Positions 39,291 to 52,184 are shown, counted from the stretch's first letter. The stretch is 64,000 nucleotides of DNA from an uncultured Gemmatimonadales bacterium (GCA_963701965.1 OY969695.1:64001-128000), one strand, 5' to 3'. A program made the numbers and translations. Notes: generated by a model from the sequence alone, not told the origin.

Positions 39291-40282
39291 TCAGGCGGTG
39301 CGCAGCATGCTGATGTGCTCGGTGCCGCTCTCCGGCAGCCAGACCTCGCCCGGGCGGCCGAGGATCTGGCGCACGCCGGCGGCCTCGTTGGCGAGCGCGA
39401 AGCGCTCGAAGGTCTCGCTGCCGGGATCGAAGCGGACGATCGCGTTGCTGCCCCAGTCGCTCAGCCACACCATGTCGCGCTCGTCGACGTAGACCGCGTA
39501 GGGACGCGGCGACGTGCCCGGCAGGCGCCAGGTGCGCCAGCTCGCCTTGGCCGGGTCGTACATCGAGACGTTGCCGCTCACCCATTCGCTCACCCAGACG
39601 CGCGACTTGCTGTCGCTCCAGACGCGACGCGCTCCCTGCTTGGGCGTCGGCGGCTCGACGATCGTCGAGTCGCCGCTGGCGCGATCGATCCGGGCGATGA
39701 ACGAGCCGGCGAGCGAGCACCACCAGACGTCGCCGCGCGGCGTCGTGCAGATGCCGTAGGGCCCGTTGCCGCGCGGCGCTTCCTTGACGCTGACCTGGCC
39801 GCTCCTGACGGCGAGCTTGCCGACGAAGCCGCACTGACCGGTGAACCAGAGGTCGCCGTCGCCATCGAAGGTCGCCGTGTTGAGGTTGGCCGAGCGCGCG
39901 CTCGCGGGCAGCGGGAAGGTTCTGCACCGTGCGGTCGGGCCAGCCGACGCGGACGATCGCGTTCAGGCCGCCGTCGGTCAGCCACGCCGCCTTGTCGGGT
40001 CCCTGGATCACGCCGTGCGGCGCCGAGCCGTTGCCGAGGGCGACCAGATCGACGCGTCCGGTCTGCGGATCGAACCAGCCGAGATGGCCGCTGCGCTGCG
40101 CCGTGAACCAGACGCCGCCGTCGGGGGCGGGTGCGACGTCGTGGATGCCGGTGAGCTGCGGCGTCGCCAGCGGCCAGCTGCGCAGGCGCGGCGGCTTCGC
40201 CGTGGCCGATGCCGGGCCAGCCCGCGGCGACGGCGCCCGAGGCGAGCAGCGCCAGCGCTTCGCGTCGCGATCGATTGCCCAT
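39291..40282 (-). CDS. Vgb (virginiamycin B lyase)-like beta-propeller with Tat-like signal (frameshifted)
   Basis: SRREALALL; repeated PDGGVWF, GPYGI, PYAVYVDERDMVWLSDW motifs. Confidence 0.85.
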
Positions 40283-40381
40283 GACGTGCCTCCGCGAGTT
40301 TCGTGGCCGCGGCCACCGCCGGCACACTATATTCAACGCCGATGAAGCACGCTGTCTTCCGGCTCTTTTCGACACGAGCCC

Positions 40382-43250
40382 TTGCATGACCCGTTGGCGT
40401 CGCCGGTTCCCGGCGCCACGGTCGAGGTGAAGACCACCACGTGCTACATGTGCGCCTGCCGCTGCGGCATCCGCGTCCACCTGCGCGACGGCGAGCTGCG
40501 CTACATCGACGGCAACCCGAACCACCCGATCAACAAGGGCGTGATCTGCGCCAAGGGCGCCTCGGGAATCATGAAGCAGTCGTCGCCGGCGCGCCTGACG
40601 CGGCCGCTGCTGCGCAAGGCCGGCAGCGAGCGCGGCGCCGGCGAGTTCGAGCCGATCTCGTGGGAGCGCGCGTTCGAGATCCTCGAGACGCGCCTGGCGA
40701 AGATCCGCGCCAGCGATCCGAAGCGGTTCGCGCTCTTCACCGGGCCGCGACCAGATGCAGGCGCTGACGAGCATGTTCGCGCGCCAGTTCGGCACGCCGA
40801 ACTACGCCGCGCACGGCGGCTTCTGCTCGGTCAACATGGCCGCCGGAATGATCTACACGATCGGCGGCAGCTTCTGGGAATTCGGCGGCCCCGACCTCGA
40901 CCGCGCCAAGCTGTTCGTGATGATCGGCACCGCCGAGGACCACCACTCGAACCCGCTCAAGATCGCGATCGCCAAGTTCAAGCGCGGCGGCGGCCGCTTC
41001 ATCTCGATCAACCCGGTGCGCACCGGCTACTCGGCGATCGCCGACGAGTGGATCCCGATCCGGCCGGGCACCGACGGCGCGCTCTTCATGGCGCTGCTGC
41101 ACGAGCTGATCGCGAGCGACCTGATCGACCACGCGTTTCTGAAGCGCTACACCAACGCGCCGCAGCTCGTCGTGCTCGATCCCGGCGAGCGCGAGGGCAT
41201 GTTCGCCCACGATCCCGATCCCGCGAAGGGTCCGCCGGGCGACGGCCGCGAGCCGCACAACAAGCTCGTCTTCGACAGCGCGTCGGCGACGATCAAGGCG
41301 GCGTATCCCGAAGGCATCGCCGACGGCTGCGACCCGGCGCTCGAAGGCCGCTATCGGCTGGCCGACGGCACGAATGTCGCGCCCTCGTTCCAGCTCCTGC
41401 GCGAGCGCGTCCAGCCGTGCACGCCCGAGTGGGCGAGCGCGATCACCGGCATCGCGCCCGAGCGCATCCGAAAGCTCGCGCGCGAGCTCGGCACGACCGC
41501 GCTGCAGCAGGCGTTCGAGCTGCCGATCGCCTGGACCGACGCCTGGGGCAAGGAGCACGCGACGACCCAGGCGCGGCCGGTCGCGTTCCACGCCATGCGC
41601 GGCCTGGCGGCGCACTCGAACGGCTTTCAGACGGTGCGCGCGCTGGCGGTGCTGATGAGCGTTCTCGGCACGATCGACCGGCCCGGCGGCTTTCGCCACA
41701 AGGCGCCTTATCCGCGCCACATCGTGCCGAACTTCCGCGCCTTCAACTCGCCCGACATGATCAAGCCGAACACGCCGCTCAACGCGGCGCCGCTCGGCTT
41801 TCCGGCGAGCCCCGACGAGCTCGCGATCGAAAGCGACGGAACGCCGATGCGCATCGACCATGCGTTCTCGTGGCAGCACCCGCTCTCGGCGCACGGCCTG
41901 ATGCACACGGTGATCACCAACGCGACCCGAGGCGATCCGTACCGGCTCGACACGCTGCTGATCTTCATGTCGAACATGGCCTGGAACTCGACCATGAACA
42001 CGGTCGCGGTGCGCGAGATGCTGAACCGCAGGAACGCCGACGGCGAGCACGAGATCCCGTTCCTGGTCGTCTGCGACGCGTTCCAGAGCGAGACCGTCGC
42101 CTTCGCCGATCTCGTCCTGCCCGACACGACCTACCTCGAGCGCCACGACGTGATGAGCATGCTCGACCGGCCGATCTCCGAGTTCGACGGCCCGGCCGAT
42201 TCGGTCCGCGTGCCGGTGATCGCGCCCACCGGCGAGTGCAAGCCGTTCCAGGAGGTGCTGGTCGAGCTGGCGTCGCGCCTGAAGCTGCCGGCGTTCACCA
42301 CCGCCGAGGGAACGCGCAAGTTCAAGGACTACCCGGACTTCGTCGTCAACTACGAGCCGCAGCCGGGGATCGGCTTTCTCATGGGCTGGCGCGGCAAGGA
42401 CGGCGATCAGCACCTGCGTGGCGCGCCGAACCCGAAGCAGTGGGAGATGTACGCTAACAACGACTGCGTCTTCCACTACCCGCTGCCCGAGACGATGCAC
42501 TACATGCGCAACTGGAACCGCGCCTATCTCGATTTCGCCAAGGACAAGGGCTGGCGGCAGAAGAACGACGTCGTCCAGCTCGCGCTCTACAGCGACACGC
42601 TGCAGACCTTTCGCCTCGCCGCGCAGGGCAAGACGGCGGGCCGTCAGCCGCCGGCGCATCTGCGCGAGCGGATCGCGACCTACTTCGATCCGCTGCCGTT
42701 CTGGTATCCGCCGCTCGAGGACGCCGCGGTCGACCTGGCGCGCTTCCCGCTCAACGCGATCACGCAGCGGCCGATGGCGATGTACCACGCGTGGGACTCG
42801 CAGAACGCCTGGCTGCGCCAGATCCACAGCCACAACTACCTGCACGTCAATCCGCGCACGGCCGAAGCGGCCGGCATCGCCGACGGCGGCTGGTGCTGGG
42901 TCGAAAGCGAATGGGGGCAGGTGCGCTGCATGGTCCGCTACAGCGAGGCGGTCGAGCCGGGAACGGTGTGGACCTGGAACGCGATCGGCAAGGCCGACGG
43001 CGCGTGGCAGCTCGCGCCCGGCGCCGACGAAGCGAGGAAGGGCTTTCTCCTCAATCACCTGATCAGCGACGAGCTGCCCTATCGGCGCGGCGGAACGATC
43101 AGCAACTCCGATCCGATCACCGGCCAGGCCGGCTGGTACGACGTCCGCGTTCGCATCCGCCCCGCCGGCGCCGACGAAGCCGAAGCGACGGCGCCCGGGT
43201 TCGCGGCGACGCCGGCGGTGCCAGGCGTCTTTGGCGCGAGGCTCGCATGA
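40382..43250 (+). CDS. soeA: Sulfite:quinone dehydrogenase molybdopterin subunit (one frameshift near 40745; start approximate)
   Basis: TTCYMCACRCG, AAHGGFCSVNMAAG, FHAMRGLAAHSNGFQ, QRPMAMYHAWDSQNAWLRQ; no Tat signal seen. Confidence 0.85.
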
Positions 43251-43982
43251 TCGAGGCCTTGAAGGCGCTGTTTCGCGCCGGACGCCGCCGAGGAGCCGAC
43301 GCCGCCGGCGAAGCAGCTCGCGCTGGTCATCGACCTCAACGTCTGCGTCGGCTGCCATGCCTGCGTGACCTCGTGCAAGGAATGGAACACGTCGGGGTCG
43401 GCGGGTCCGCTCACCGACCAGAACGCCTACGGCGCGAACCCGACCGGCACCTTCTTCAACCGCGTCCAGACCTACGAAGCCGGCGTCTTTCCCGACACCG
43501 ACACGGTCCACTTCCCGAAGAGCTGCCTGCACTGCGAGGAGCCGCCGTGCGTTCCGGTCTGCCCGACCGGCGCGAGCTACAAGAGGAAGGAAGACGGCAT
43601 CGTCCTGGTCGACTACGACAAGTGCATCGGGTGCAAGTACTGCGCCTGGGCTTGCCCGTACGGCGCGCGCGAGATCGACGAAGAGCGCCAGGTGATGACC
43701 AAGTGCACGCTCTGCGTCGACCGCATCTACGACCCGCTGCTCGCTGCCGAAGACCGAAAGCCCGCCTGCGTCAAGGCGTGCCCGACCGGCGCACGCCTGT
43801 TCGGCGACGTCAAGGATCCCGACTCCGAAGTCTCGCGCGCGATCCGCGAGCGCGGCGGCTATTCGCTGATGCCCGAATGGCAGACGTCGCCCGCAAACCA
43901 GTACCTGCCGCGGCGCATCACCGCGGCGGCCGGCGAAGCCGCGCACGAGGCGCGCGAGCTCGGCGCCGGTCGCGCCGAGTGA
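43247..43982 (+). CDS. soeB: 4Fe-4S dicluster subunit (frameshift near the N-terminus)
   Basis: DLNVCVGCHACVTSCKEWN, CLHCEEPPC, CIGCKYC, CTLC. Confidence 0.85.
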
Positions 43983-44009
43983 TGCCCTTGTCGTCGGCGG
44001 CGGCAGACG

Positions 44010-44947
44010 ATGAACCCGGCGTTCTCGGTCGTCGCCTTCACGACGCTCGCCGGCGCCGCGCAGGGCCTGGTCGTCGCGCTCGCCCTCGCCGTGCTGGCGC
44101 GGCTGCCGATGGCGCCGGCGTTTCTCGCGCACGGTCTCGTCGTTGCAATCGTTCTGCTCGGTGCCGCGCTGGCGGCGTCGTTCCTGCACCTCGGCCGGCC
44201 GGAGCGCGCCTGGCGTGCGGCGACGATGTGGCGCACCTCGTGGCTGTCGCGCGAGGTGATCGTGCTGCCGACGTTCATCGCTCTCGTCGCGCTGTGGTGG
44301 CTGGTGCTGGCGCCGGCAGCGCCGCAGGCCGTGACCGACGCTGCTCCTGCCGCTCGCCGCGATCGCCGTCGCGATCCTGCTCTGGTACTGCACGGCGATG
44401 ATCTACGCCTGCCTGCGCTTCATCGAGGAATGGGCGCAGCCGCTCACCGTCGTCAACTTCGTCCTGCTCGGACTCGCGTCGGGTTTCGTTCTCGCCAGCG
44501 CGCTCGCCGCGCTCGCCGACGCGCGCGCGTTCCTCGCCGTGAGCGGGCCGGCGGCGGTCGTCGTGACGCTGGTCGCATGGGCGACGCGAATGGCGGCGTT
44601 GCGCCGCAATGCCGCGATCCGCCATCGCTCGACGCTGCAGAGCGCGACCGGCATCCGCGCGGCGCGGCTGGTGCAGACGTCGATGGGCATGTCGGCGGGA
44701 TCGTTCAACACGCGCGAGTTCTTCCACCGCGCATCGCTGCTGGCGATGCGGCGCGTCAGGCTGGCGGTGATCGTGCTCGCGTTCGCCGGGCCCGCTCGCG
44801 CTCATGCTGCTCGCCTGGACGACGGCATCGTCGTCGCTCTGGGTCGTCGCCGCGCTGCTGCAGGCGCCGGGGCTGCTCGCCGACCGCTGGTACTTCTTCG
44901 CCCAGGCGAAGCACCCGCAGAACCTGTACTACCAGGTCGTCTCGTAG
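44010..44947 (+). CDS. soeC: DmsC/YnfH-type membrane anchor (two frameshifts)
   Basis: MNPAFSV, SFLHLGRPERAWRA...SWLSRE, MIYACLRF, DRWYFFAQAKHPQNLYYQ. Confidence 0.85.
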
Positions 44948-45106
44948 ATCTTCGATGCTTCATGCCGGATCGTTGTCGGCGGCGACGACGTGCAATCCTA
45001 GCCGCGACGCGCGGCCGCGGCGGCTCCGGTCGATGGGATACTTCGGCGCCGTGATCCGCATTTTTTCCGGCTCGTTTCCTCATCCTTCGAACCTGGAGTT
45101 TCCCGA

Positions 45107-46329
45107 ATGACCGAACTTCTGCCCTCGCTCCGCAGACGTCAGCTTCTCGCCGGCAGTGCCGGCGCCCTGGCCGGCACCGGCCTGATCGGCCTCGCCGCGG
45201 ACGCCGCGGCGCAGGCGTCGGCACCTGCGGCGACGACGCCGCGGGCGCTTCCGGCCTATGTCGGCTGGAAGGATGGCGACGCGGTCATCGTCCACAACCC
45301 GAACGAGCTCGAGACCAAGCGAAGCGCGTTCGGCAGCAGCGCCATCACGTCGAGCGACCGTCTCTACGTGCGCAACAACGTCACCCCGCCCAATCCGTCG
45401 ATCCTCGCCGACCGCGAAGGCTGGCAGGTCGCGATCGACGGCGTTCGCAATCCGCGCACCTTCTCGGTCGCCGAATTGAAAACCATCGGCATCGAGACGA
45501 TCGCGACGGTCCTGCAATGTTCCGGCAACGGCCGCGCGTTCTTTCCGCACAAGCCGAGCGGCGCGAAGTGGACCGTCGGCGCATCGGGTTGCGTCATCTG
45601 GAGCGGCGTTCCGGTGCGCTATGTCGTCGAGGCGCTGGGCGGACGCTGCGCCGGGAATGCGCTACCTCACCGGCACCGGCGGCGAAACATTCCCCGCCGG
45701 CATCGACCCGCTGACGGTGATGGTCGAGCGCTCGCTGCCGATCGAAGTCTTGAACGACGCGGTCCTTGCCTGGGAGATGAACGGCGAGCCGATCTCGCTC
45801 GCCCACGGCGGCCCGCTGCGTCTCATCGTCCCGGGCTATCAGGGCGTCAACAACATCAAATACGTCAAGCACGTCGCACTGACCGCGGCCGAATCGTCGG
45901 CGGCGATCCAGAAGACGCGCTACCGGCTGAACGCGATCGGCACCGAAGCCTAGCCCGGCCGATCCGTCCGTGCTCGCCATGTCGGTGAAGTCGTTCGTCA
46001 CTTCGCCGAGCGGCGGCGAGCCGGTCAAGGCCGGCGTCGTGTACGTCACCGGCGTGGCGTTCTCGGGCGGCACGCCGATCAAGCGCGTCGAAGTGTCGAG
46101 CGATGGCGGCAAGAACTGGGTCGACGCTCCCTTCATCGGCCCCGACCTCGGCCGCTTCGCCTGGCGCCAGTTCGCGGTGCCGCTGCGCATGGCCGCGGGC
46201 AGCTACGTCGTGACCAGCCGGGCGACCGACGCCAGCGGCCGCGTCCAGCCCGAGCAGCGCAGCGAAAACGCCGGCGGCTACGCCAACACCAGCTGGGCCG
46301 ATCACGCCGTCAAGGTGATCGTCGCCTGA
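45107..46329 (+). CDS. Tat-exported sulfite oxidase-family molybdoenzyme (SorT/SorA-like; two frameshifts)
   Basis: LRRRQLL signal; LYVRNN, LQCSGNGR, HGGPLRLIVPG, RATDASG. Confidence 0.88.
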
Positions 46330-46330
46330 G

Positions 46331-46687
46331 GTGTGGCGCCTTCTCGTCCGCGCCGGCATCTGCGCCGCGGTCGCGGGCCTCGCCGGTCTTGCGCCGCTTT
46401 CCGCTGCCGCACAAGCGGCGGGCGGTGACGCGCAACTCGCCGAAGGCCGCGCCCTCTTCGTTGGCGGCGCGACGCCGGCATGCGCGATTTGCCATACCTT
46501 GAAGGACGCCGGCGCGACCGGCAGCGTCGGACCGGTGCTCGATGAGCTGCGGCCCGACGAAGACCGTGTCGCTGCCGCGGTCCGCGGCGGCATCGGCGCG
46601 ATGCCTTCCTTTTCGGCTTCCCTGACCGCGGCGCAGATCCGCGCGCTCGCACGCTACGTCGCGAAGGCGAGCGGAGGCGCTCGCTAG
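46331..46687 (+). CDS. Periplasmic monoheme cytochrome c (SorU/SorB-like)
   Basis: Signal peptide; CAICH; GAMP. Confidence 0.88.
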   Translation: MWRLLVRAGICAAVAGLAGLAPLSAAAQAAGGDAQLAEGRALFVGGATPACAICHTLKDAGATGSVGPVLDELRPDEDRVAAAVRGGIGAMPSFSASLTAAQIRALARYVAKASGGAR

Positions 46688-46742
46688 CCGAGCGACTCCG
46701 ACCTGGCCTCTGCGCCGCCGCACGCCGCGATAATCGCGACCA

Positions 46743-48562
46743 GTGAACCAGCTTGCCGCGCGCGTCTTCGGGCTCTGGGTTCGCCGCGTCGACCGGGCGA
46801 CGCTGCGCGCCGATGCCATCGCCGGGATGCTCGGCGCCTTGCTCGTCCTGCCGCAAGGCTTCGCCTTCGCCACCCTGGCCGGTCTGCCACCTGAGTACGG
46901 GCTCTACACGGCGATCGTTCCGTGCGTCGTCGCTGCGCTCTTCGGCTCGAGCTGGCACGTCGTCTCGGGACCGACCAACGCCAATTCGCTCGCCCTGTTC
47001 GCGACTCTCGCGCCGCTCGCCGTGGTCGGCTCGCCGGCCTACATCGCGCTCGCCCTCACGGTCACCGTGCTCGTCGGCGCGATGCAGCTCCTGATCGGCC
47101 TGCTGCGCCTCGGCTCGCTCGCCAACTTCATCTCGCCGGCAGCGCTGCGCGGCTTCACGAGCGGCGCCGCGGCGCTGATCGCGCTCTATTCGCTGCCCGA
47201 GCTGCTCGGGCTCGGCAGCGCCTTCGGCGCATCGGCTTGGCACCCTGGCGACGCATCTCGCTGCGAACATCGGCAGCACGCAATGGCCTGCGCTCGCGGT
47301 CGGCCTGTTCACGATCTTCGCCGCGCTGTTGCTCAAGCGACTGGCACCGCGCTCGCCGTCGATGCTGCTCGCGCTTGCCGCCGCCAGCGCGCTCGCGTTC
47401 GCGCTCGACCGCTGGTGGCTCGGTTCCGGCGAGCAGGTCAAGATCGTCGGGCCGATCCCGTCGATCTGGCCGCGCTTCGCGCTGCCCGCGGTCGACCTGC
47501 GCACGCTGCCCGATCTGGTCGGCATCGCCTTCGCGCTCACGATCGTCGCCCTGGGCCAGTCGATCTCGATCGCCAAGGCGATCGCCGAGCGCTCGGGCCA
47601 GCACATCGACGCCAACCGCGAGTTCCGCGGCCAGGGCCTGTCGAACATCGTCGGCGGCATGTTCTCGTCGTACGTCTCGTGCGGCTCGCTCAACCGCTCG
47701 CTGCCGAACCTCGAGGCCGGGGCACGAACGCCGCTCGCCGCCGTGTTCGCGTCGCTCTGGCTGCTCGCCCTGGCGGCGCTCAGCGCGCCGCTGCTGGCGC
47801 TGATTCCGCTGCCGGCGATCGCCGCCTTGCTGCTGCTGATCTCGTGGTCGCTGTTCGACCTCGCGAGCTGGCAGCGCCTCTGGCGCTTCAGCCGCCAGGA
47901 CTTCGCCGTCGCCGCCGCGACCTTCGTCGCGACGGTCTCGATCCGGCTCGAGGTGGCGATCCTGCTCGGCACGATCCTCTCGCTCGTGACCTACCTGCAT
48001 CGGACGTCGAAGCCGGCGATCCGGATCATGGGCTTCGACAGCGTCGCCGCGGCGCGGCCGTTCGTCGTCCGTGCCGACGTGCCCGACGCCGCTGCCCGAA
48101 TGTCCGCAACTGAAGATGATCCGGATGGAAGGCGAGGTCTACTTCGGCGCGGTCTCGCACGTCGGCGACCTGCTGCGCGACCTGCGCGCGCCGGCCGCCG
48201 CGCCCAGGCATCTGCTGGTGATGGCCAAGAGCATGAACTTCATCGACCTGGCCGCGGCCGAGATGTGGCGCGCCGAGCTGCTGACGCGGCGCGCCATCGG
48301 CGGCGACCTCTATTTCCACCGGCCGCGCGCGCCGGTGCTCGAGCTCTGGCAGCGGATCGGCTTCATGAACGAGCTCGGCGCGGACCACATCTTCCCGGCC
48401 AAGCGCGTCGCCATCGCCACCATCTTCGACCGCCTCGACCGCGGCATCTGCGCCCACTGCACGATCCGCGTCTTCGAAGAGTGCCAGGCGCTGCCGCCGC
48501 CGATCGACGACGCGGCAAGCGCTGCGTCGCCCGGGTCGCGCGCGCCCGTGCCGGCGCCCTGA
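46743..48562 (+). CDS. SulP family anion transporter with STAS domain (frameshifted)
   Basis: PQGFAFATLAGLPPEYGLY, DANREFRGQGLSN, MNFIDLA. Confidence 0.92.
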
Positions 48563-48653
48563 GGGCCGCGAGAAATCCACAGTTTTGTGGGTGACGCGGC
48601 GTTCGCGCTGGCGTCTGATCGCTTGTCGCAGACAAGATCCGAAGGAGCCCGTC

Positions 48654-48914
48654 ATGGAAGCGAATTCACGTCGAACCTCAGAGTCGCGCCGGACCAGTGC
48701 CGCCGTCGCGATCGCGCTCGTTGCGGCGACGGTTACTGCCGGGGTCGCGTTCGGCCATCACCCGCAAGCCGGAATGGCGCTGCATAGCGCGGCCGCCGTC
48801 GTACCGGCGCCGGCGGCGGCCGATGCGCCGATCCACGATCCGTCGCTTCCGGATGCGGCGGAGATGCACGCAGATCCGCGTGCGACCGCGGAGGACTCGA
48901 CGCCGACGTTCTGA
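48654..48914 (+). CDS. Small secreted or membrane hypothetical protein
   Basis: AAGGAG RBS; hydrophobic segment; DPSLPDA motif. Confidence 0.55.
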   Translation: MEANSRRTSESRRTSAAVAIALVAATVTAGVAFGHHPQAGMALHSAAAVVPAPAAADAPIHDPSLPDAAEMHADPRATAEDSTPTF

Positions 48915-48990
48915 GACGTCGGCGCGCCGGATCGGCGCGACCGATCCGGCGCGCCCGGCATCTGCGCGGCAGAATCGCCGGCCAGAGGCC

Positions 48991-49479
48991 ATGGCGAAGA
49001 AGAACGCGCACGTCAGCGAGACCCCGGCGACGCAATCGCTGCGCCGCGCCGGCGTCGCCTTCAGCGAGCACATCTACGACTACGTCGCGCACGGCGGCAC
49101 GGCCGAGTCGGCGCGCCAGCTCGGCGTCGACGAGCACGCGGTGGTGAAGACGCTCGTCATGCAGAACGAGAAGGGCGAGCCGCTGATCGTGCTGATGCAC
49201 GGCGACAAGGAGGTGAGCACGAAGAGCCTGGCGCGCGCGATCGGCACCAAGAGCGTCGCGCCGTGCACGCCCGAGGCGGCCGAGCGCGCGAGCGGCTACC
49301 AGGTCGGCGGCACCTCGCCGTTCGCGACCCGCAAGGCGATGCCGGTGTATGTCGAGGCGACGATCCTCGAACTCGATCGGATCTGCATCAACGGCGGCCG
49401 GCGCGGCTATCTGATCGGCATCGCGCCGCGCGTCCTGACGGAGCAGTTGCGCGCGACGCCGGTGGCATGCGCGCTCTGA
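48991..49479 (+). CDS. ybaK: Cys-tRNA(Pro) deacylase
   Basis: VVKTLV, GYQVGGTSPF, INGGRRG. Confidence 0.9.
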   Translation: MAKKNAHVSETPATQSLRRAGVAFSEHIYDYVAHGGTAESARQLGVDEHAVVKTLVMQNEKGEPLIVLMHGDKEVSTKSLARAIGTKSVAPCTPEAAERASGYQVGGTSPFATRKAMPVYVEATILELDRICINGGRRGYLIGIAPRVLTEQLRATPVACAL

Positions 49480-49530
49480 GCCGGCCGGGCGCAGAATCGA
49501 TCGTCTTCGCCATCGGACCCGCATCGAACG

Positions 49531-50187
49531 ATGAACTATCTGCTGCCGCTCGTCGCCGTGGTCGCGAGCTACCTCGTCGGCTCGCTGTCGTTCGCCGTCA
49601 TCGTCAGCCGCCTGATGGGGCTGAGCGACCCGCGCACCTACGGCTCGGGCAACCCGGGCGCGACCAACGTGCTGCGCACGGGCAACAAGGCGGCGGCGAT
49701 CCTCACGCTCGTGCTCGATGCGCTCAAGGGCTGGCTGCCGGTGGCGCTGGTGGTTCGCTTCGGCCCCGCTTACGGCCTCGGCGAATGGACGATCGCCGGG
49801 GTCGCGCTCGCCGCCTTCCTCGGCCACCTCTGGCCGGTGTTCTTCAGGTTCAAGGGCGGCAAGGGCGTCGCCACGGCGGCCGGGGCGCTGTTCGGCATCG
49901 ACCCGCTGCTCGGCGCGGCGACGCTGGCGACCTGGCTCGTCATCGCCGCGTTCTTCCGCTACTCGTCGCTCGCCTCGATCGTCGCCGCGCTGTTCGCGCC
50001 GTTCTGGTACCTGCTCACCGAGGGCCCGGACGCGATCGCGATGGCGGTGTTCGTGATGGGCGTGCTCCTGGTCTGGCGCCACAGCGCCAACATCAAGCGA
50101 CTGTTCGCCGGCACCGAGAGCCGGCTCGGCAAGAAGGCCGGCGCCGCGCCGCTGCGCGCCAAGGGCCGCCGCGCCGCGCGCCACTGA
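49531..50187 (+). CDS. plsY: Glycerol-3-phosphate acyltransferase
   Basis: [29 protein letters not shown]. Confidence 0.96.
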   Translation: MNYLLPLVAVVASYLVGSLSFAVIVSRLMGLSDPRTYGSGNPGATNVLRTGNKAAAILTLVLDALKGWLPVALVVRFGPAYGLGEWTIAGVALAAFLGHLWPVFFRFKGGKGVATAAGALFGIDPLLGAATLATWLVIAAFFRYSSLASIVAALFAPFWYLLTEGPDAIAMAVFVMGVLLVWRHSANIKRLFAGTESRLGKKAGAAPLRAKGRRAARH

Positions 50188-50209
50188 GCGCGCGCCATCG
50201 CGCGCGGCT

Positions 50210-51468
50210 TTAGTAGGCGAGGCCCATCGCCTGGCGCACGTCCTTCATCGTCTCGCGCGCCACCGTTCGCGCCCGCTCGGTGCCGACCTCGACGATCCAG
50301 TGCACCCGCTTCGGGTTCGTCAGGTACGGCTCGGCGCGCTCGCGCCACGGCGCCTGCTCCTTCAGGATCGCCTCGATCACCGGCTGCTTGCAGTCGAGGC
50401 AGCCGATCGCCGCGGTAGTGCAGCCGTGCACGACCCAGGCCTTGGTCTCGGCGTCCGAGTAGACCTGGTGGAACTGCCAGACCGGGCACTTCTCGGGGTT
50501 GCCGGGATCGCTGCGGTGCACGCGCGCCGGGTCGGTCGGCATGCGCCGGATCTTCTTCGTGACCTCGGCCGGCTCCTCGCGCATCGCGATCGCGTTGCCG
50601 TAGCTCTTGCTCATCTTCTCGCCGTCGAGGCCGACCAGCTTCGAGGTCTCGGTCAGGAGCACCTCGGGCTCGACCAGGATCGTCTTGCCACTGCCGCGCA
50701 GATAGCCTTCGAGGTGCTCGCGATCGCTCGCGCTGAGCGCGCCGCTGGCCGCGACGATCGCCCGGCCGCGCTCGAGCAGCGCGACGTCGCCGCCCTCGCG
50801 GTAGGCGTGGCGCGCCGCCTCGAACTCGCGCGCGCGGTCCTTGCCCATCTTCTTCGCGGCGGCGCGCGCGCGCTCCTCGAAGTCGGGCTCGCGGCCGTAG
50901 AGATGGTTGAAGCGGCGCGCGACCTCGCGCGTGATCTCGACGTGCGGCGCCTGGTCGACGCCGACCGGAACGAACTGCGCGCGGTAGATCAGGATGTCGG
51001 CCGCCTGCAGCAGCGGGTAGCCGAGGAAGCCATAGGTCGCGAGGTCGCGTTCCTTGAGCTTTTCGATCTGGTCCTTGTAGGTCGGCATGCGCTCGAGCCA
51101 GCTGAGCGGCGTTCCCATCGCCAGCAGCGTGAACAGCTCGGCGTGCTCGGGCAGGCGGCTCTGGATGAAGAGCGTCACCTTGTCGGGGTCGATGCCGGCG
51201 GCGAGCCAGTCGGTCACCATCTCGTAGACCGAGGTCTCGATCACCTCGCGCTCTTCGTAGTGCGTCGTCAGCGCATGCCAGTCGGCGGCGAAGTAGAAGC
51301 ACTCGTACTGGTCCTGCAGGCGGACCCAGTTCTTGAGCGCGCCGTGCCAGTGGCCGATGTGCATCGCGCCGGTCGGGCGCATGCCGGAGAGAACGGGCGC
51401 GGGGCGTTGCGGCGGCGCTCGGCGCCGGCAGGCGCGGCGTCGCTCGGCGGGACGGGAAGATCGCTCAT
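50210..51468 (-). CDS. trpS: Tryptophan--tRNA ligase (frameshift near the N-terminus)
   Basis: SGMRPTG, HIGH, YPLLQAADIL, KMSKS. Confidence 0.96.
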
Positions 51469-51539
51469 CTGCGCGGGGCCGGCAAAAGGCGCTGATTGTA
51501 GGTTTGCGCCCGCTCGGCGCCGATACACTTCGGCCGCCG

Positions 51540-52184
51540 ATGAAGAACATCGTCATCCTCATCTCGGGCCGCGGCTCGAACATGGAAGCGATCGTGCGGG
51601 CGTGCACGAGCGAAGGCTGGGACGCGCGCGTCGCGGCGGTGGTGAGCAACCGCGGCGATGCTGCCGGTCTGGCATTCGCGCGCGAGCATGGCATCGCCAC
51701 CGAGGTGGTCGAGCACCGCGCCTTCGCGAGCCGCGACGCGTTCGACGCCGAGCTCGCGCGGCGGATCGAGGCGCATTCGGCCGACATCGTCGCGCTCGCC
51801 GGCTTCATGCGAATCGTCGGTGCCGACTTCGTGCGTCGCTTCGAAGGCCGGCTGGTCAACATCCATCCCTCGCTCCTGCCGGCGTTCCCGGGCCTCGAGA
51901 CGCACCGGCGCGCGCTCGCGGCCGGCTGCAAGGTGGCCGGCGCGAGCGTCCATTTCGTCACCACCGAGCTCGACCACGGACCGATCATCGGCCAGGCGAT
52001 CGTTCCGGTCCTGGCCGACGACAGCGAAGGATCGCTCGCCGAGCGCGTGCTCGCCGAGGAGCACCGGCTCTATCCGCTGGCGATCCGCTGGCTGGTCGAC
52101 GAACAACTGGTCTGTCGCGACGGCGTCGTTCACCACCTCGACGGCGAGCCGCAATTGCTGGCCGACGCCGGCCGCCGACGCTAG
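51540..52184 (+). CDS. purN: Phosphoribosylglycinamide formyltransferase
   Basis: ISGRGSN, LAGFMR, NIHPSLLP, LDHGPII. Confidence 0.97.
   Translation: MKNIVILISGRGSNMEAIVRACTSEGWDARVAAVVSNRGDAAGLAFAREHGIATEVVEHRAFASRDAFDAELARRIEAHSADIVALAGFMRIVGADFVRRFEGRLVNIHPSLLPAFPGLETHRRALAAGCKVAGASVHFVTTELDHGPIIGQAIVPVLADDSEGSLAERVLAEEHRLYPLAIRWLVDEQLVCRDGVVHHLDGEPQLLADAGRRR

Noticed and set aside
40737..44393. 1218-aa antisense ORF and other long shadow ORFs
   Set aside because: Arg/Ala/Pro-rich antisense frames of real genes, expected in high-GC DNA
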